A DNA stretch of 64,000 nucleotides from assembly GCF_022045235.1 (NCBI RefSeq), contig NW_027266297.1, positions 53,196,001 through 53,260,000 on the forward strand. Reading direction: 5' to 3'. The stretch is from Haliotis cracherodii. Its lineage: Eukaryota. Of this stretch, positions 11,888 to 25,499 are shown in pieces. The notes below the pieces were generated by a model that was not told where the DNA came from, made no database searches, and was given only the letters and a program-made list of their open reading frames with translations. Position 1 is the first letter of the stretch. Each line of letters begins with the position of its first letter. A program made the translations under genes and the position numbers.

Positions 11888-14486
11888 ATGACAACACAGT
11901 CTAACCTTCTGCTGCAACTGTTGTGTTTGCGTGTTCTGGTCAACGGAATGACAGGTAAGGTCGGTTGCAAACTGATATGGCGACTCAACGCTCTTAACAA
12001 ACACATGTGCACAGATAATATGCAGTAATAAAAGGGCATCTTCCGTAACAACGTTGCTACTTGTACCTGTATCGTCCTTGTCATGTTAAAGTATGTATGT
12101 AACCCGAAGAATTGTATGTTATTCTACACAACAAGCCTTCAGTCAGAGTATCGACTTAATTTCCTCATCCCCGGGCATGGACTTGAGCGTATCTCACTTT
12201 TAATCAAAGAAAACCTTGTACACTTGTTATTTTGTGTTTCTTTCAGATGCACTGACTCCTAAGCCATTGTGTACAGGATCTCAATGCAAAGGAGATGTTT
12301 GTGTGGAGGACATGTGCCCCTTGGGGTGCAAGGATGGATATTATGGCAGGCACTGTGGATACAGATGTAGTAACGGGTGTATCAGTAAGAGGTGTTCCGA
12401 CTCTGGATTCGGCACAGGAAGCTGCACTGATGGCTGTATCTCAGGATACTGGGGAAGTACTTGTAGCTTCGAATGCCCAGTTGATTGTCTACACTGTTCA
12501 GTCAAGACATGTAGCAAATGTAGAGCGTTTCTTTTTGGACCATTCTGTAGTTCAAACTGTAGAGAAAGATGCCCAAGTAAAGGATGCAACATGGATGGTT
12601 CATGCAGGGAAGATGAGCAATCCATTGCCTGCAATAATGGAAACTTTGGGCCTAAATGCCAGTTCGGTTGCAACGAAAACTGTGCCTTTCATGCTTGCAA
12701 TCGTTCCTCTGGTATTTGTCTGCATGGTTGTGAAACAGGACATTTTGGGGCAACGTGTGAATTCCGATGTAATACCAACTGTAAAGACGCATTATGTGAT
12801 TTCCAAGGCAGGTGTCTAGCAGGCTGCAAGGCGGGGCGCTATGGGCGTGATTGTGATGAGCAGTGCAGTGGGCACTGTCGTCAACGTATCTGCGACCCGG
12901 AAACAGGTTACTGTATCAACGGCTGCCATGACGGACACTACGGCTTTCACTGCAACACGTCATGTTTGGGGGATTGCTCTTACTGCAACCGAGAGAATGG
13001 ACTATGCCTCGAAGATGAAATGCAACCAGGTAGTGTTTAAACGTAATACAATATTAAAAACAGTTCCTATCATGTAGATGACAATGACTGCATTGTGTTG
13101 CTAGTGTTTTGTTTAAAAGTTTTAACCATGTCCTAACCTAAGTACTAAACAAAAATTACTTAGCGAGAACATACACTATTGACTGGGACAAGTGAGCACT
13201 TAATCAATTAATTCAACTTGCTGTTCAAATTGCTGTTCATATATAAAGTTAGTTCCTAGTGTCCTTGCCCGTGATATAACTGGGATACAGCTTTACATCT
13301 TGTAATCCATTCCTATTATCTGGATATTGCGCATGAGGTATCCCTGGCCGAAACTTATATATATATTATATACTACAAAGACAATGCTAGCCACGTGCGT
13401 GTATAAAGCTATTTCGATTCTGTTACATCAGATTGTTTCTGAGAAAGGGTTAGTGAACTGGCATTTTTTGTTTGTGGGGATTTCGAAATACCTGTGCCTT
13501 TCGTTGGAGCTGATTGGGAATCGTTCAGACTCTGTGACTCGGCTGGCTGAGCATCATCTTGCCCCGGTAGTATTGATCATTCCGCATGCTTTCAGTCACT
13601 GGTTTGCGTAAATGCGTAGATTCCATTGATTGCCAGTCCCTGTAATACAGCTGAATTTTTCTGACTGCGACGTTAAACAACATGAATGATGATTAGCATT
13701 TCTGTTTGTAGAAACAACGCTGGTTTCCACTGAAGAAAACACCCAGACGACACCGTCAGTAAACTATGTCATAGGATCTGTTGTGTTCCTGCTGGTTTGT
13801 GGAACAGTCGCTGTCCTGATGACAAGGTACCTCACACAGCAGTGGTTTTGTGTCCACAATTTCCATGCTTTGTGTATGACACAATTTGTGTTTCCTTGAT
13901 CGGATCTCATTTGATCTATCTTTTTATTTTCAGATCATGTAAGTCATCGTTAAAAAGGAAGGACAGGCGTTTGCTGAGCCCCCAAGACAGACAACTGCCA
14001 GAAGTACCGGTGTCTGCAAATGCCTATGATGACATCAACGAAGATGACATTGATGCAAGTGATCGAGTCACTGCAGGGACCAGCAACAACACATGCCAAG
14101 TACGTTGTCATCGTCCTCTTGCTCACGTAACGATGTGTCACACTACATGGTCAAGAAAGGACAAGACTGGGCATTTGCATGTGTTCAAACCATTCCCACA
14201 GAGGGCTAGGTCCTTGCCAGTGTTCACCACTGATGTACTTGGCTGCAAATGGAACGAGTCGGGTGGTTCTTGGACGGAATATACTGGGCTTCAGGCGAGA
14301 TATGGGGATCTACATACAAAGACATTGCCTGAACGAGACGACCGAGCCAACTTGGAAGGAAATAGTTGCCTGGTTGATAACGTAGCGTTTGAACGTAGAA
14401 ATAGTGCTACATGTACTTCAGCAGGTCCGCGAGGATACCTTTCTCCTGTAGCCAGTGATTCATGTCTAGATTACACTGACGTTTAG
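11888..14486 (+). CDS. Gene 2: type-I transmembrane multiple-EGF-like receptor (SCARF/MEGF10/CED-1-like) with tyrosine-motif cytoplasmic tail
   Basis: Predicted exons: 11888-11954 (signal MTTQSNLLLQLLCLRVLVNGMT|gtaagg; acceptor 11878), 12247-13029 (EGF repeats), 13712-13826 (Thr-rich stalk plus TM YVIGSVVFLLVCGTVAVLM), 13934-14486 (basic stop-transfer KSSLKRKDRR, tail ending LDYTDV*). Phases 1,1,2 are consistent. Upstream UTR donor at 11751; AATAAA at 14579. Confidence 0.85.
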
Positions 14487-15879
14487 ACATTGCATAACAA
14501 CATGGCTGGCGTCAGAAGTCACGTAAACTTTCAATCCCTTATAAGAACAACTCGATTGCATAGTTTATTGTGTAGTCAAATAAATTTAAATTGTTAGAAT
14601 ATTAGCTATTTCAAAATATGCACGAGCATGTCTACTGAGCATATGAGATATTTTTCTAACTGACTTCTTAGACATTTTTAAAGTTGAGAATATTGAATTA
14701 GATAGTTTGTGGTCTTGCATGGCGTGCATGGTTTATATACCTATCGAGGAGTCACGTTGTTAGTAGGACTAAAGATTGCACATCGAATGCTGTAGCTAAC
14801 GCTGAGTGGTTTATGAATGACACATTCTTAGAAATGTGATCGTATGTATTTGTTTAGACTTGTTTTTACGCTAAGCTTAAATATTTGTTCAATGTGTATT
14901 GATCAAACACCGATTGTATCAAATGATTTTGATGTCACTCGACATTGCCGCGACTAAAAAAATAGCTTACGTTTGTACATGTCACTGTAAAGCGATGGGT
15001 ATTTTGTATCCTTTATTTTGTTTTTTATTGAGGCGGTTACCATTTGTAATGTTTGAGCCTCTGAGCACTGATATAAAAAATGTTAATATATACTCGTGTG
15101 CAAGATCCTGATTCTCTCTTTCAAATTTGAAATGGTAATTATTGCACCAAGCATACAGTCCGCTTGTATGTGGGTGTTGAGTAACTACACCACAAAGTAC
15201 CTGGCAATGTTAATGAGGAAGTGGGAACACCAGTTGTAATGCAATAACGGGAGGGAACTCGTGCAGTCTTATCGTGTTCACTGTGGGTGCGATGCAGGGT
15301 AGCCTACGTATACCTAAACGGTCAGATAACATGATACAATAACGACAAACAATCAACTGATATTAACATTCAGACTTCACCATCACTTTTTTCAACTTGA
15401 GATTTGAGATAGCTAACTACAATCTTTATTTATAATCATTTTACAGCTGTACATTTGCTGGTGTTCTTATCGTCATATATTTGCATATTCCTTGTGACAC
15501 ATACACTGCACACACATGGAAAGTTGTCATTGCTTATAAACGCTGGATCTAAATAATCCAGAGACATAAATATGTGAACGTCCAGTTGAGAGCATGACAG
15601 AATGTTGTGTTGTAAATCACTGAAATATAAGTATTATTTGCTTCCAGATGTGTTCTTGTTTTTAGATGTATATATCAATTACCGGATACGCCCACGTTTT
15701 GATATCTATACCGAAACACTTTAAAAACGAATAGTGGAATTTGAATCTCGATAAGTAACACGTGACTAGAAGTAATGTCCAGGTATAGCAGCGTGAATGA
15801 GGATTCAAACTCAGACAACATATATTGCAATGTTGCTTGCCTTCGATCATTTTCCAAACTGAAGCACATGTAGCAGATG

Positions 15880-16060
15880 TGGTGTCTGCTTAGGCAAGTG
15901 ACTTTCTTCATAGTATGCCTCTGTTCACCCAGTCTTAAATGGGTATCCAGTATGATGAGATGGTAATGTGAATGTTAACCTTTTAGCTCCTCACATGCAG
16001 TTTGGGTTGTATATTCCCCAGGGAGCTGAGAATGATATCGAGTGCACACTGTTCCAGGGA
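15880..16060 (+). mobile_element. Degenerate CORE-type SINE
   Basis: GGCAAGTGACTT...TGCCTCTGTTCACCCAGTCTTAAATGGGTA resembles the CORE domain. Family assignment is from pattern recollection only. Confidence 0.45.
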
Positions 16061-16098
16061 CTGGGGTAATAATTTGAGCAATCTAAATGGCATATTAC

Positions 16099-16135
<37 letters not shown>

Positions 16136-16159
16136 ATTTAGATTGCTCTATATTTCCAC

Positions 16160-16359
16160 NNNNNNNNNNNNNNNNNNNNNNNNNNNNNNNNNNNNNNNNN
16201 NNNNNNNNNNNNNNNNNNNNNNNNNNNNNNNNNNNNNNNNNNNNNNNNNNNNNNNNNNNNNNNNNNNNNNNNNNNNNNNNNNNNNNNNNNNNNNNNNNNN
16301 NNNNNNNNNNNNNNNNNNNNNNNNNNNNNNNNNNNNNNNNNNNNNNNNNNNNNNNNNNN
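16160..16359. other. Assembly gap (200 N), next to a (TA)n microsatellite
   Basis: Run of N. Confidence 1.
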
Positions 16360-16599
16360 GTACGGACTATCTGAAGGGAAATCATTGGAGTCACCAAAAC
16401 AGGAATCCTATATTTATGCTACTTATCGGAGCAGATGACGACATCGATTATTTGATCATATCTCCATATCCTCATAAACTCCTGCTTGGTTCATCGAGAA
16501 TAAAATCATGTTTTCAGATTATATCAAATGTGCATGATATGGGCAGAATAAGCTATTAAGCATGAGTTAATGAACCACCATCAAACATTTATGATACCA

Positions 16600-17110
16600 G
16601 GTGTTCGCGAAACGGTGAGCGTATCCTGCACTACCTATTGCACCCGCCTCAAGCACATGCAGAGGCAATTCAATAGTTCACCTAAAACCACGGGAACATA
16701 AAGTACAAGTCAAAATAGGGAATTGGTTTGGGACAACATTTTTGTCACTGATGCGCCAAATTTGAAAATGCCCGCCACGTTTCTACTATTCAACTTTTCT
16801 TTAAAGCTTTACTGAGGCCTGTAACCTTGATAAAACGACTTCTGAGCAAGAGTCGTATGACGCTCTTTGACATATTCGAAGAAAGAGCATGCTCGGTTGC
16901 ACGTCAACAGTTGTGAAATGTAGACACTAAAGACTGGAGCTGCTGGAAAATTTCTCGACATGACGGGAAAGCTGACGATTGGAAAGTTGAAGTCATTTAT
17001 GCATAGATCCAAATATGAAACAGATGATGCGGTTTCACTTGTCTCCTTAATTTCTAGCTCAGATAGGTATTAATTTGACAAAATGCATGCAATCCTGATG
17101 AGCACAAAAT
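16600..17110 (-). mobile_element. Penelope-like element RT/thumb fragment
   Basis: Minus strand gives ELEIKETSETASSVSYLDL..DFNFPIVSFP..NFPAAP..VYISQL...RAC...QGY, typical of Penelope RT. Confidence 0.8.
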
Positions 17111-19216
17111 GGATTATATCGAGTTTCACAAACACCTGGTATCGTTTGTGATATGATACATGTACCATATGTGCATAATTTGTATAAAAGTGCATACCAT
17201 ATGCATGATAAATAGAAAATAGATAGAATTTTCTTACATAATATGTAGCCAGTATGATGTACAATACAACCGCCAAGAAAAAAACCCAGTGTGACTATGT
17301 AAACTTAGCGCTATTGCACTTAATTATAAGTATATGTTTTGAGGTCTGTATTTGCAAGCTGATTGGGTATTAACATCAGCACGATAAAGAATATACGCGA
17401 TTGTTTCATTAGTTTTGGGGAGACTTCTGTTATGTATATAATACCGGTATGGATTACATGTATGGCAGTAGGTTATTGAATAGTGTATGCCAGCAATCAG
17501 TCCATGTGTATAGAGCTTGAGTAATGTAAGAATTTAGCAAGTGACATAAATTAAGAGTCCTTGACATGTTGATCATCTTTGTAGTGCTATTTCAAGACAA
17601 TTTACTTGACATGTGCCTTATAGTTAATCCATCACTTTCGCTACATCTTACAAAGAAAATAAGACAGAATCATTGGATTATCATATATGCAATTTTATGC
17701 AATATATATATGGTATATTTGGTGGGTATGATATGCACAGATGGACAGATTTCGTGGTTGTAGTGTTAAGATATGGGTAGCTATCTGGTAAAACAGACTT
17801 GGTGCAAGTTCTGGGGAACTTAACGACACAACGTTAAACGGATGAGATTCCTGAGCCACATGTTCCAGGTCACACAGTTCGGGATCTGATTGCTTCATTG
17901 GGACTACAATAACAGTCAGGTTTGGACTCTTATAGCAGCCATACAACGTATTGAGAACAGATGACCTTCACCTTGAAAATCTACAGTTCCATGTGTGTCA
18001 TATGCAACCTTGGTCAACAACTATGATGTGTGCTGATTTTATATGATATATAAAAATAAACATCTAAAATCACTTTTGCGATTGTTTTTTGCAGAGTAAA
18101 TAATTAGGGTCTTGTGAGTTTTAGGTTATTATAACGAATTTACAGCAGGGGGTCAAGGGAGAGAGGGTCAGTGTCACTGCCTGGGGAGAAAATGAAATAT
18201 GAAACCCTGAATGAAACTCTTTCCTCTACTGGCAGAGATGTTGCTATGGGAACACACATCCTCTGGTCTCCTGACTGATACAGTGGCAAATTCAAATCTG
18301 GATTACAACAAGGGTGCATCAAAACCTTTCGCAGTCTTTCTGTGCACTGTGGCTTAATATCATCCTGAAGCGGTATGTCGATTTTGTGATATTTCATGCA
18401 GTGACAATCTGTTTCATGGAATATATATGAATATAAAATCAAACGACATAGACATAGGCTTTTACCCCGGCCACTCGGCCACCCGGGCACCTGCAAAGAA
18501 ATATCTAGGTCAGTGCAAGGCTCATATTGCACGATATAACGTTATACATGAGTTGTCGGCTGTCAGTCGGTATCTGCGCTGGTTGAATATGAGAATCGGG
18601 TAAGGCTATTCAGTTCTTATCCTCCGTTTAATATGTAATCATTTTTAAACTACGTACTGAAATTATTCTAAAAGCATTGAATGATTTACAAATATTAATA
18701 ACTGTAGATCTTCATATGACGTACATTCTGTTATCTGGAATATTTAATGTACCTGTTTATATGTGTACAATGTATAATATTTATGCTTTTCTTGTTCCGA
18801 AAGACAGTGAGATAGCCTAGAAGTCCCGGGTTCGATTCCCCACATGGTTACAATTTTCTGGGCCACTTTCTGGTGTCTCCCGAAGTGATATTCCTTGAAT
18901 ATTGATACAAGCGGCATAAAACCACACTCATGCACTCTTCGTTCAGATACAGCTCTAAACCTATGGTGATATATCTATCGGAGGAAGCAGCTTGAGAAAC
19001 CTGGGATATGTGCGAGTTATGAAAATGACATGTGATTAGCGTGAACAAGAAAATGTAAATTATTCGTTCTTGTATTTCGCATATGCTATATAAGTGAGGT
19101 TAATTCATGTAGCAAGTGTCTCCGCTAATTAATTACTTCAATTGTAAATGCTGTGATTATATGCTATCCGATGTCTGTCTGTACTTGCAGAACGAGCCAG
19201 ACCTTTGTGTCACAAG

Positions 19217-21465
19217 ATGTATAAGGTAGGTACAGGTCTGTCAAATAGAGCCATTATAGCACTGGCAAACAATCTCACATTGCAGAAGAGCGCGCAGCCA
19301 TGTGCTTTACGACCTTAGTTCTGTCAACATGGCAGTTGCTCGGGACGTGAAGTAGATTATAGTTATGCAGATGTCGCCCTTGACTACCGAATGCTTAATA
19401 GTTTAGTGTTTGCTCTCATTCGTTAACTGAGGTAACTGTAAGACGTGTTTAGTGTATTGAAGTTGCGTTTAAGAGAAGCAATTATACCACCCTTTTATTG
19501 TATATCAATGTCAAAGTAACATGTTTTATTGGCCTGTTTACTTGCGTTGGTCACTGCTATGTTATGAGTGAGTGAGTGAGTGAGTGAGTATGCATTTAGC
19601 AATATTCCAGCAATATCACGGCGGGGGACACCAGGAATGGGGAATCGAACCCGGGGCTTCGGCGTGACGAAAGGTCCGAAAAGGTGACCCGGCCGCCCCT
19701 GCTGTGTTATGGTTTGAAATATATGTATCATGTTGTTGATCACAAATATTAATTGTATTTTTGTATAATAAAATATCAATGATTGTACATGGCTTATTCC
19801 TCATTAAACCGCAATTCACTTCCAAACTTGCCCACGGTTTCCTTTCCCTCTAGTGCATAGAATTGTGTGAATCAACGGACACACGATCCCAACAGAGACA
19901 CCTTGAACTAGATTCGCGATTACATTCATGGCTTCTACTTCATGAAACTTTTTTTTATTTCAGAATACACCTGTCATTCCGGCCTGTGTGTTGATCATTC
20001 AGCTTGTCAGTTGTAAGTTGATTTTAGCCTTGACGCGGGTAAGTTGATCAAATAGCTATTTTGAGAGAGACTGAATACATAAAGGGATTAAATTGTTCCA
20101 GAACAACCTGAAAAAATAAATTGTTCGCTGGGTGTGCTGGATGGACCGGGAAAAATGAACTGTTCTTCTCCTTTCCTGTCTCTAAACAAATCCACCGCTT
20201 ACCTCGCATACTATCAAATGATAAGGTCCTACGTCCAGTATCAAAGAGTGAAAAACGTTAGACAATGGAAATCATGTATGCAGAATATTTTACTTTTTGT
20301 GTGTTCAACTCATGATGCGCTTGGTTGAAGATGTTTGCATGATTTTTGCAGATCGAACCAGTGCGAACCTCTGCGATGACTCTAGATGTAGTTCATGTGA
20401 TTCTGGCAGATGCAGTGAGTGCTTGTATGGGTACTGGGGGCCCCAGTGTAACAACGACTGTACTAGCTGCTGGTTGGCGGGCTGCCATAAACACACTGGG
20501 CGCTGTCACCAATGTCTTCCTGGCTGGTATACCGAGGACTGTGACACACTCTGTCCCAGTACCTGTCGTCTTAGCTACGACAACTTGAGAAACTGTGACC
20601 GGAGCAGCGGCAAGTGTCTGGAAGGATGCAGAGAGGGATGGTGGGGGGCCACCTGTAACATGACGTGCAGTCCAGGATGTAAGAGCAAGGCGTGCTACCA
20701 GGAGGACAGTGTCTGCATATCGGATTGCATGGAAGGGTGGCGTGGACCTAAATGTGACTGCTCGGACACATATAACTGCCGGAATGGTAGGTGCTTGTCC
20801 GGTCGTTGTACTGGTGGCTGTAAGGACGGTTGGACTGGCGAGACATGTACATATAAATGCAGCTTAAACTGCCTGACGTGCCACCAGTCCACAACTCAAT
20901 GTTCCAGTTGCAAAGAAGGTTTGTATGGCCCCGACTGCATGTCCGAGTGTACAACGAACTGCGTGGACAATAAATGTAGCATGGCAGGACACTGTATTAA
21001 TGGCTGCATCAGTGGATTCCAGGGCAGTAAATGCGAGACAGCGTGTCCCTACAGATGCCGTGACTGTGACCAAGATACGGGCAACTGCAAGATATGCTAT
21101 ACTGGATGGAGGGGACTCCAATGCAAAGAAATTGTTTCTGGCAGTTTGACAATAGATCAGTCTGTCACTGATACAACCAACCGACCATATAAACAAGGTC
21201 AGTACATTGTCTAAGGCATGTTTCTTGTAAATCTGACCTGAAAAAGTGTATGCTTATCTCAGTATGGAATAATGTGTTGTTGTGTTTAGTTCTTTAAAGT
21301 GAGTCTAAATCCATATTCTGTTACAATCTGGTAAACAATAACTATTTGTCAAGATATATACTGGTGCTTTGTTTTCTGGGGTCTGCAGATTCATCGAGTG
21401 GCTGTGCAGAGGTTAAACTAGCAACATGTGCGATGGTGTTGATGTCATCAGTTGTCTTCGAATGA
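19217..21465 (+). CDS. Gene 3: multiple-EGF-like cell-surface protein, probable GPI anchor
   Basis: Predicted exons: 19217-19225 (MYK|gtaggt), 19964-20012 (NTPVIPACVLIIQLVS|gtaagt), 20352-21197 (EGF repeats|gtcagt), 21389-21465 (DSSSGCAEVKLATCAMVLMSSVVFE*). The last exon has small omega-site residues, a spacer and a terminal hydrophobic run. TATATAA at about 19087. Confidence 0.82.
19567..19699 (-). mobile_element. tRNA-derived SINE family B copy (internally deleted)
   Basis: B box GGTTCGATTCCC and (ACTC)n tail on the minus strand. Near-perfect TSD TGCTATGTTATG / TGCTGTGTTATG. Confidence 0.8.
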
Positions 21466-22004
21466 TACGAAGGGATAACGCCGTGGAACTTTGGACTTGT
21501 AACTATTGGCATTTGTATAAGATGTTATGTGCAACAAGTAGGAACAACAACTAGGAATCAAAAGACTGAGGAAGTTGATTGATTAAACAAAAACATGTTT
21601 GTAGAGATATAAATGAAGCGTTTTCATTTTGCTGCATTTTATTCATGTAAAAATAATGCATTATATCTAAACAGAATACATTTCGCCGCTGTTAAGTTAT
21701 TTCATGATCAACGTAAGTACTTATCTTTATTTCTGATTTGCCGTCTTATTTACAATTAAACGTCTCCGGTCCATGTTCGATGAAGGTATACATGTACGGT
21801 CTTGGTCACTTGCTTATTTGCAAAATATGTCCTTGAATATCCCCTTCCAATCAATTCAATTCAGTTCAATTTATTTACTGGAAAACCAAGAAAGGGCACA
21901 TTCCGCTTTCTGAGATTTGAACAATTTGTTCAATTTGTACATATTTGGCCATTCATAGATCATTTCTTAGGGAATGTCAATAGTTCGTTGCTGGAGAAGA
22001 GCTC

Positions 22005-22255
22005 CGGGGTAGAATAGGTCTTCAACAACCAATGCTTGCGGTAAAAGGCGACTATGTTTTTCGTTAGAGGCGACTAAGGCTCGGTAGTCAGGTTCGCTGA
22101 CCTGGTTGATGCATGTCATCGTATTCCATTTGCGTTGATCGATGCTCATGATGTCAATCACTGGACTGTCTGGTCCAGACACGGTTATTTACAGACCACC
22201 GTCATATGGTTGGAATATTGCCGAGTGCGGCGTTAAACAATAAGCAAACAAACAA
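22005..22255 (+). mobile_element. SINE-like family A copy
   Basis: Homologous to 9095-9297 and 23695-23933; (AAAC)n tail. Confidence 0.8.
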
Positions 22256-23639
22256 AGATAGTGAAACTCAGCCCCAACAGCCTGAGAGTTACATAGTGTA
22301 CACACTCGCTCCACTCTCGAAAGGTGGTTTCATAGGGCAACTTATGGTTATCAGCCATGGTTATTTGAGAACAGGATAGTATACATTTTGGGGCAATAAG
22401 AGATACGTTTCTAAAAATCAGGTTTCTTTAAGTTGTTTGTAGTACAAATGATCAACAATCTCTATAGGCTATTCACCTAACATGAATGAAGATTTTGTGT
22501 TTTTAGCAGGCATACTTCCAAAAATAATTGCTTTGGTTTCCACAAAGTTCAGTATTCATGAAATGCATCAAGTGATTTTTGTAACTCAACTGGATCATCA
22601 CTGAACAAAACAGCGCCATCCTCATCCTCATCCTCCTCCTCCTCCTCATCATATAACGATAATATTATACTTTAGTCAGAGCAGTATGTCATTGACTTCC
22701 TTATATTCTTGATTCACAACTGATGCATTCTTGTTTGAGTGATTTTTACCTTGAGTTTGTTGCAATTTTATTATGTTTAGCATTATTTTTGGCTCTATGA
22801 TTTGTCTTTTTGTTCAAACAGTTAATTGTTTTGGGGTGATTAATAGCAGCTTCAGATATAATATGAGTGTAACTTTACAAATTGTAACATCAGGGATGAT
22901 ATGATGGGCTAACTTATCAACACATCATCATAATATACTTGATTTTCATCCTTATTATTACCATTATCATCAGGAATATGTAGTTGCAAAAATGTGAAAT
23001 GTATCTTTGTAATGTTTCAATACAGGTATACAGAAACCATGTCCTTCTTAGTAGTTATTCCTTATGAAGATACATATGCACATAAATAGACATAAACCCA
23101 CTGGGAAAGGTGTCCCATTCATATATATTTCAAATAGTATTAATTTTTATTGTGATCGTGTACACTAATATTGTAAGTTGAAGCAGTATCACAAGGTTTG
23201 TGGTTTAATGCATCCCGCGGTTTATGCGTCGTGGTTTTGAACCACGAGGCGGAGCCTGTTTTCTTTGTGGCGGGGTATAAAAGGTATATTCTCCAGCTCA
23301 GAAATGTATTTCACGAACAGGCGGGTTACGTAGTATGTTATGCTGACATAGATTACATGCTGTCATGCAGGTAAGATAACAGCATTTAAATGGCATGCCC
23401 TTGACGTTTGATATAAACGCACAGCCCTCACACATACAATAACAATGGCTTAACAATGCCTTGAAAGCAACCGATATATTAATAGTCTTCACAAGCTACC
23501 CCCTACCTGTGATTTCGTGGAAAGGCCCAAACACGCAATACAAACAACTTCTTTGATAGGCATTTAGAAGTTGGAGTACTAAGTAAGGATAAGAAGTGAT
23601 ATATAGAGTGTTGTTGTTGCATTAAGTGTTTAAGAGGTC

Positions 23640-24950
23640 GTCTTCTGCTTTAGCAATTTCGGCTGACCTGTCCCTCTTTGGGACTCCTGTGTGTTTGTTT
23701 GTTGTTTAACGCCGCACTCAGCAATATTCCAGCTATACGACGGCGGTCTGTACAATAATCGAGTCTGGACCAGACAATCCAGTGATTGACATCATGAGCA
23801 TCGACCCACGCAATTCGGATCGATGGCATGTATCAACCAAGTCAGCGAGCCTGACCACCCGATCCCGTTAGTCGCCTTTTACGACAAGTGTGGGTTACTG
23901 AAGACCTTTTCTACCCCGGAATCTTCACGGGTCACTCCCGTGTGTGAGTAGGGTACACATATCTATTGTGAGTTTGGTATTCACATAATTTCTCTTTTTG
24001 TATTGATATGATTTCCAGTTGTTTTTATATTGATATGATTTCATTTTTATCCTTGGCTGCTCTGTTTATGTACGTTCGAGTAGCTGTCCATCTCTTGGCT
24101 TGAGGCGATTTATGACCGATAGCGGATCTAACTGCAATTCTTGTTTTAACCGAGCCCGGGCTGGGGCATGGTCTTGACATTCTAGTAACACGTGAGCAAT
24201 GGTTTCAGCCGGATTGCAGCCTTGTCATAGTGCTTTTTGTGATCGAGTCTTAGGCGTGAGATGGCAATTTCAATTTTCCTTTCATTTGAGTATGAGTTTG
24301 GCTTTTGTTGGACCTTAGGTTGAATTTTGTATAGCCATCTGCCGATCTTACTTGCGTCCCATTGAGTTTGCCATCTTTCTGCTATCAATTCTGCTTTTTC
24401 ATTTCCATGAATATCTATGTGAGAGGGGATCCAACACGGCTCCATCTGTTGCCCTTGGTCCGATAGTTTTGTATATTCGTATAGAATATTGTTGACTGTA
24501 TTTGGCCTGGAGTTTTATTTTCTGCCACTGATGGCTTGAAGTGCACTTAGCGAGTCTGATAGGACGACTGCCTTTGCTACCGGAAATTCCGGTATGGGTT
24601 TGAGTGCATGATGAATTGCCTCCAATTCAGCCGTGAATACTGACTGTCCATCAGGCAGGCGAACTGAATGTGCTCGGGGTTTGGAGCTGTGGATATGGAT
24701 CCCGTAACCAGCACTGTTGTTGATAGGATTCTTGGATCCATCAGTGTGTATATGGGCCCAGCTGTCCCAGGTAGTTTGAATTTTAGTGATAGCTACTGAT
24801 CGTAGTAGGGTTGGGTTTTCTTTTTTAGTAACTTCTGATGTTAAAGCAGTGACAGCTTTGGGAGTTTTTAAAGTTCAGGGAGGGTGTAACCCTTTGTAGT
24901 GACTTTCTGGAGGCTGAATGTCATCACAATTGTGACTTTGGATGAGTTAA
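23640..24950 (-). mobile_element. RNase H-bearing LINE (I/Nimb-like) 3' fragment, degenerate
   Basis: Minus-strand RNase H motifs HTDGSK, SVFTAEL, SDSLSAL and WIPSHIDIHGNEKA, then WQTQW..WLYKIQP..SRLRL. Interrupted by a SINE. Confidence 0.8.
23695..23933 (-). mobile_element. Full-length SINE-like family A copy
   Basis: Starts GACCCGTGAAG and ends (AAAC)n. TSD ACTCCTGTGTGT (23683-23694) / ACTCCCGTGTGT (23934-23945). Confidence 0.9.
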
Positions 24951-25499
24951 CGTACTAATATCCCAGATGGCTTTAGTAAGGGATCTTTTCGTGCTAGGGC
25001 TTTATCTCGATATTTTTGTGGGTTTACGCTTACCCCTGATTGCGTGTGTTTTGCTCCAGACTGTTTTAGGATTTGTTTTCTCATTTAGAGATTTGCAGAA
25101 GGTCTGCCATGACTCTTTTTTAGAATCGTCTATGAGCTGTCTTACTTTTGTTCTGGCTGCTCGGACTTGGGCGAAGGCTAATTTATCCCTTTTTTTACCT
25201 ATATAGGGCTTTCGTACTCACTCTCCTAGCTTTTGCTATTTCCCTGTTTGATCGTGGTACCGTTGAGTTTTGCCAGTTTTGTGTTCTTTATTTGGAATTG
25301 ATTTTTCAGCTGTGGCAGTAATTGATATTTTCGATATTTATGGAGGTACAGCTGTCGTGGACAAGGGTGATTAGTCCTCCTCCCTTGTTGCCAGGCATAA
25401 GTCTTTTTCATATACAGAGTGTGGATGACAAGTATATATACAAGTAGTAGGCAATGTTTATACAGTGGAGTAGATATTGTTATACTGGAATAGAGAAGC

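Noticed and set aside
14278-14312. Canonical ITAM in the gene 2 tail
   Set aside because: YTGL and YGDL are only 3 residues apart; an ITAM needs about 6-8.
16002-16559. ORFs containing X runs (also 50875-51228)
   Set aside because: Artefacts of translating through N gaps.
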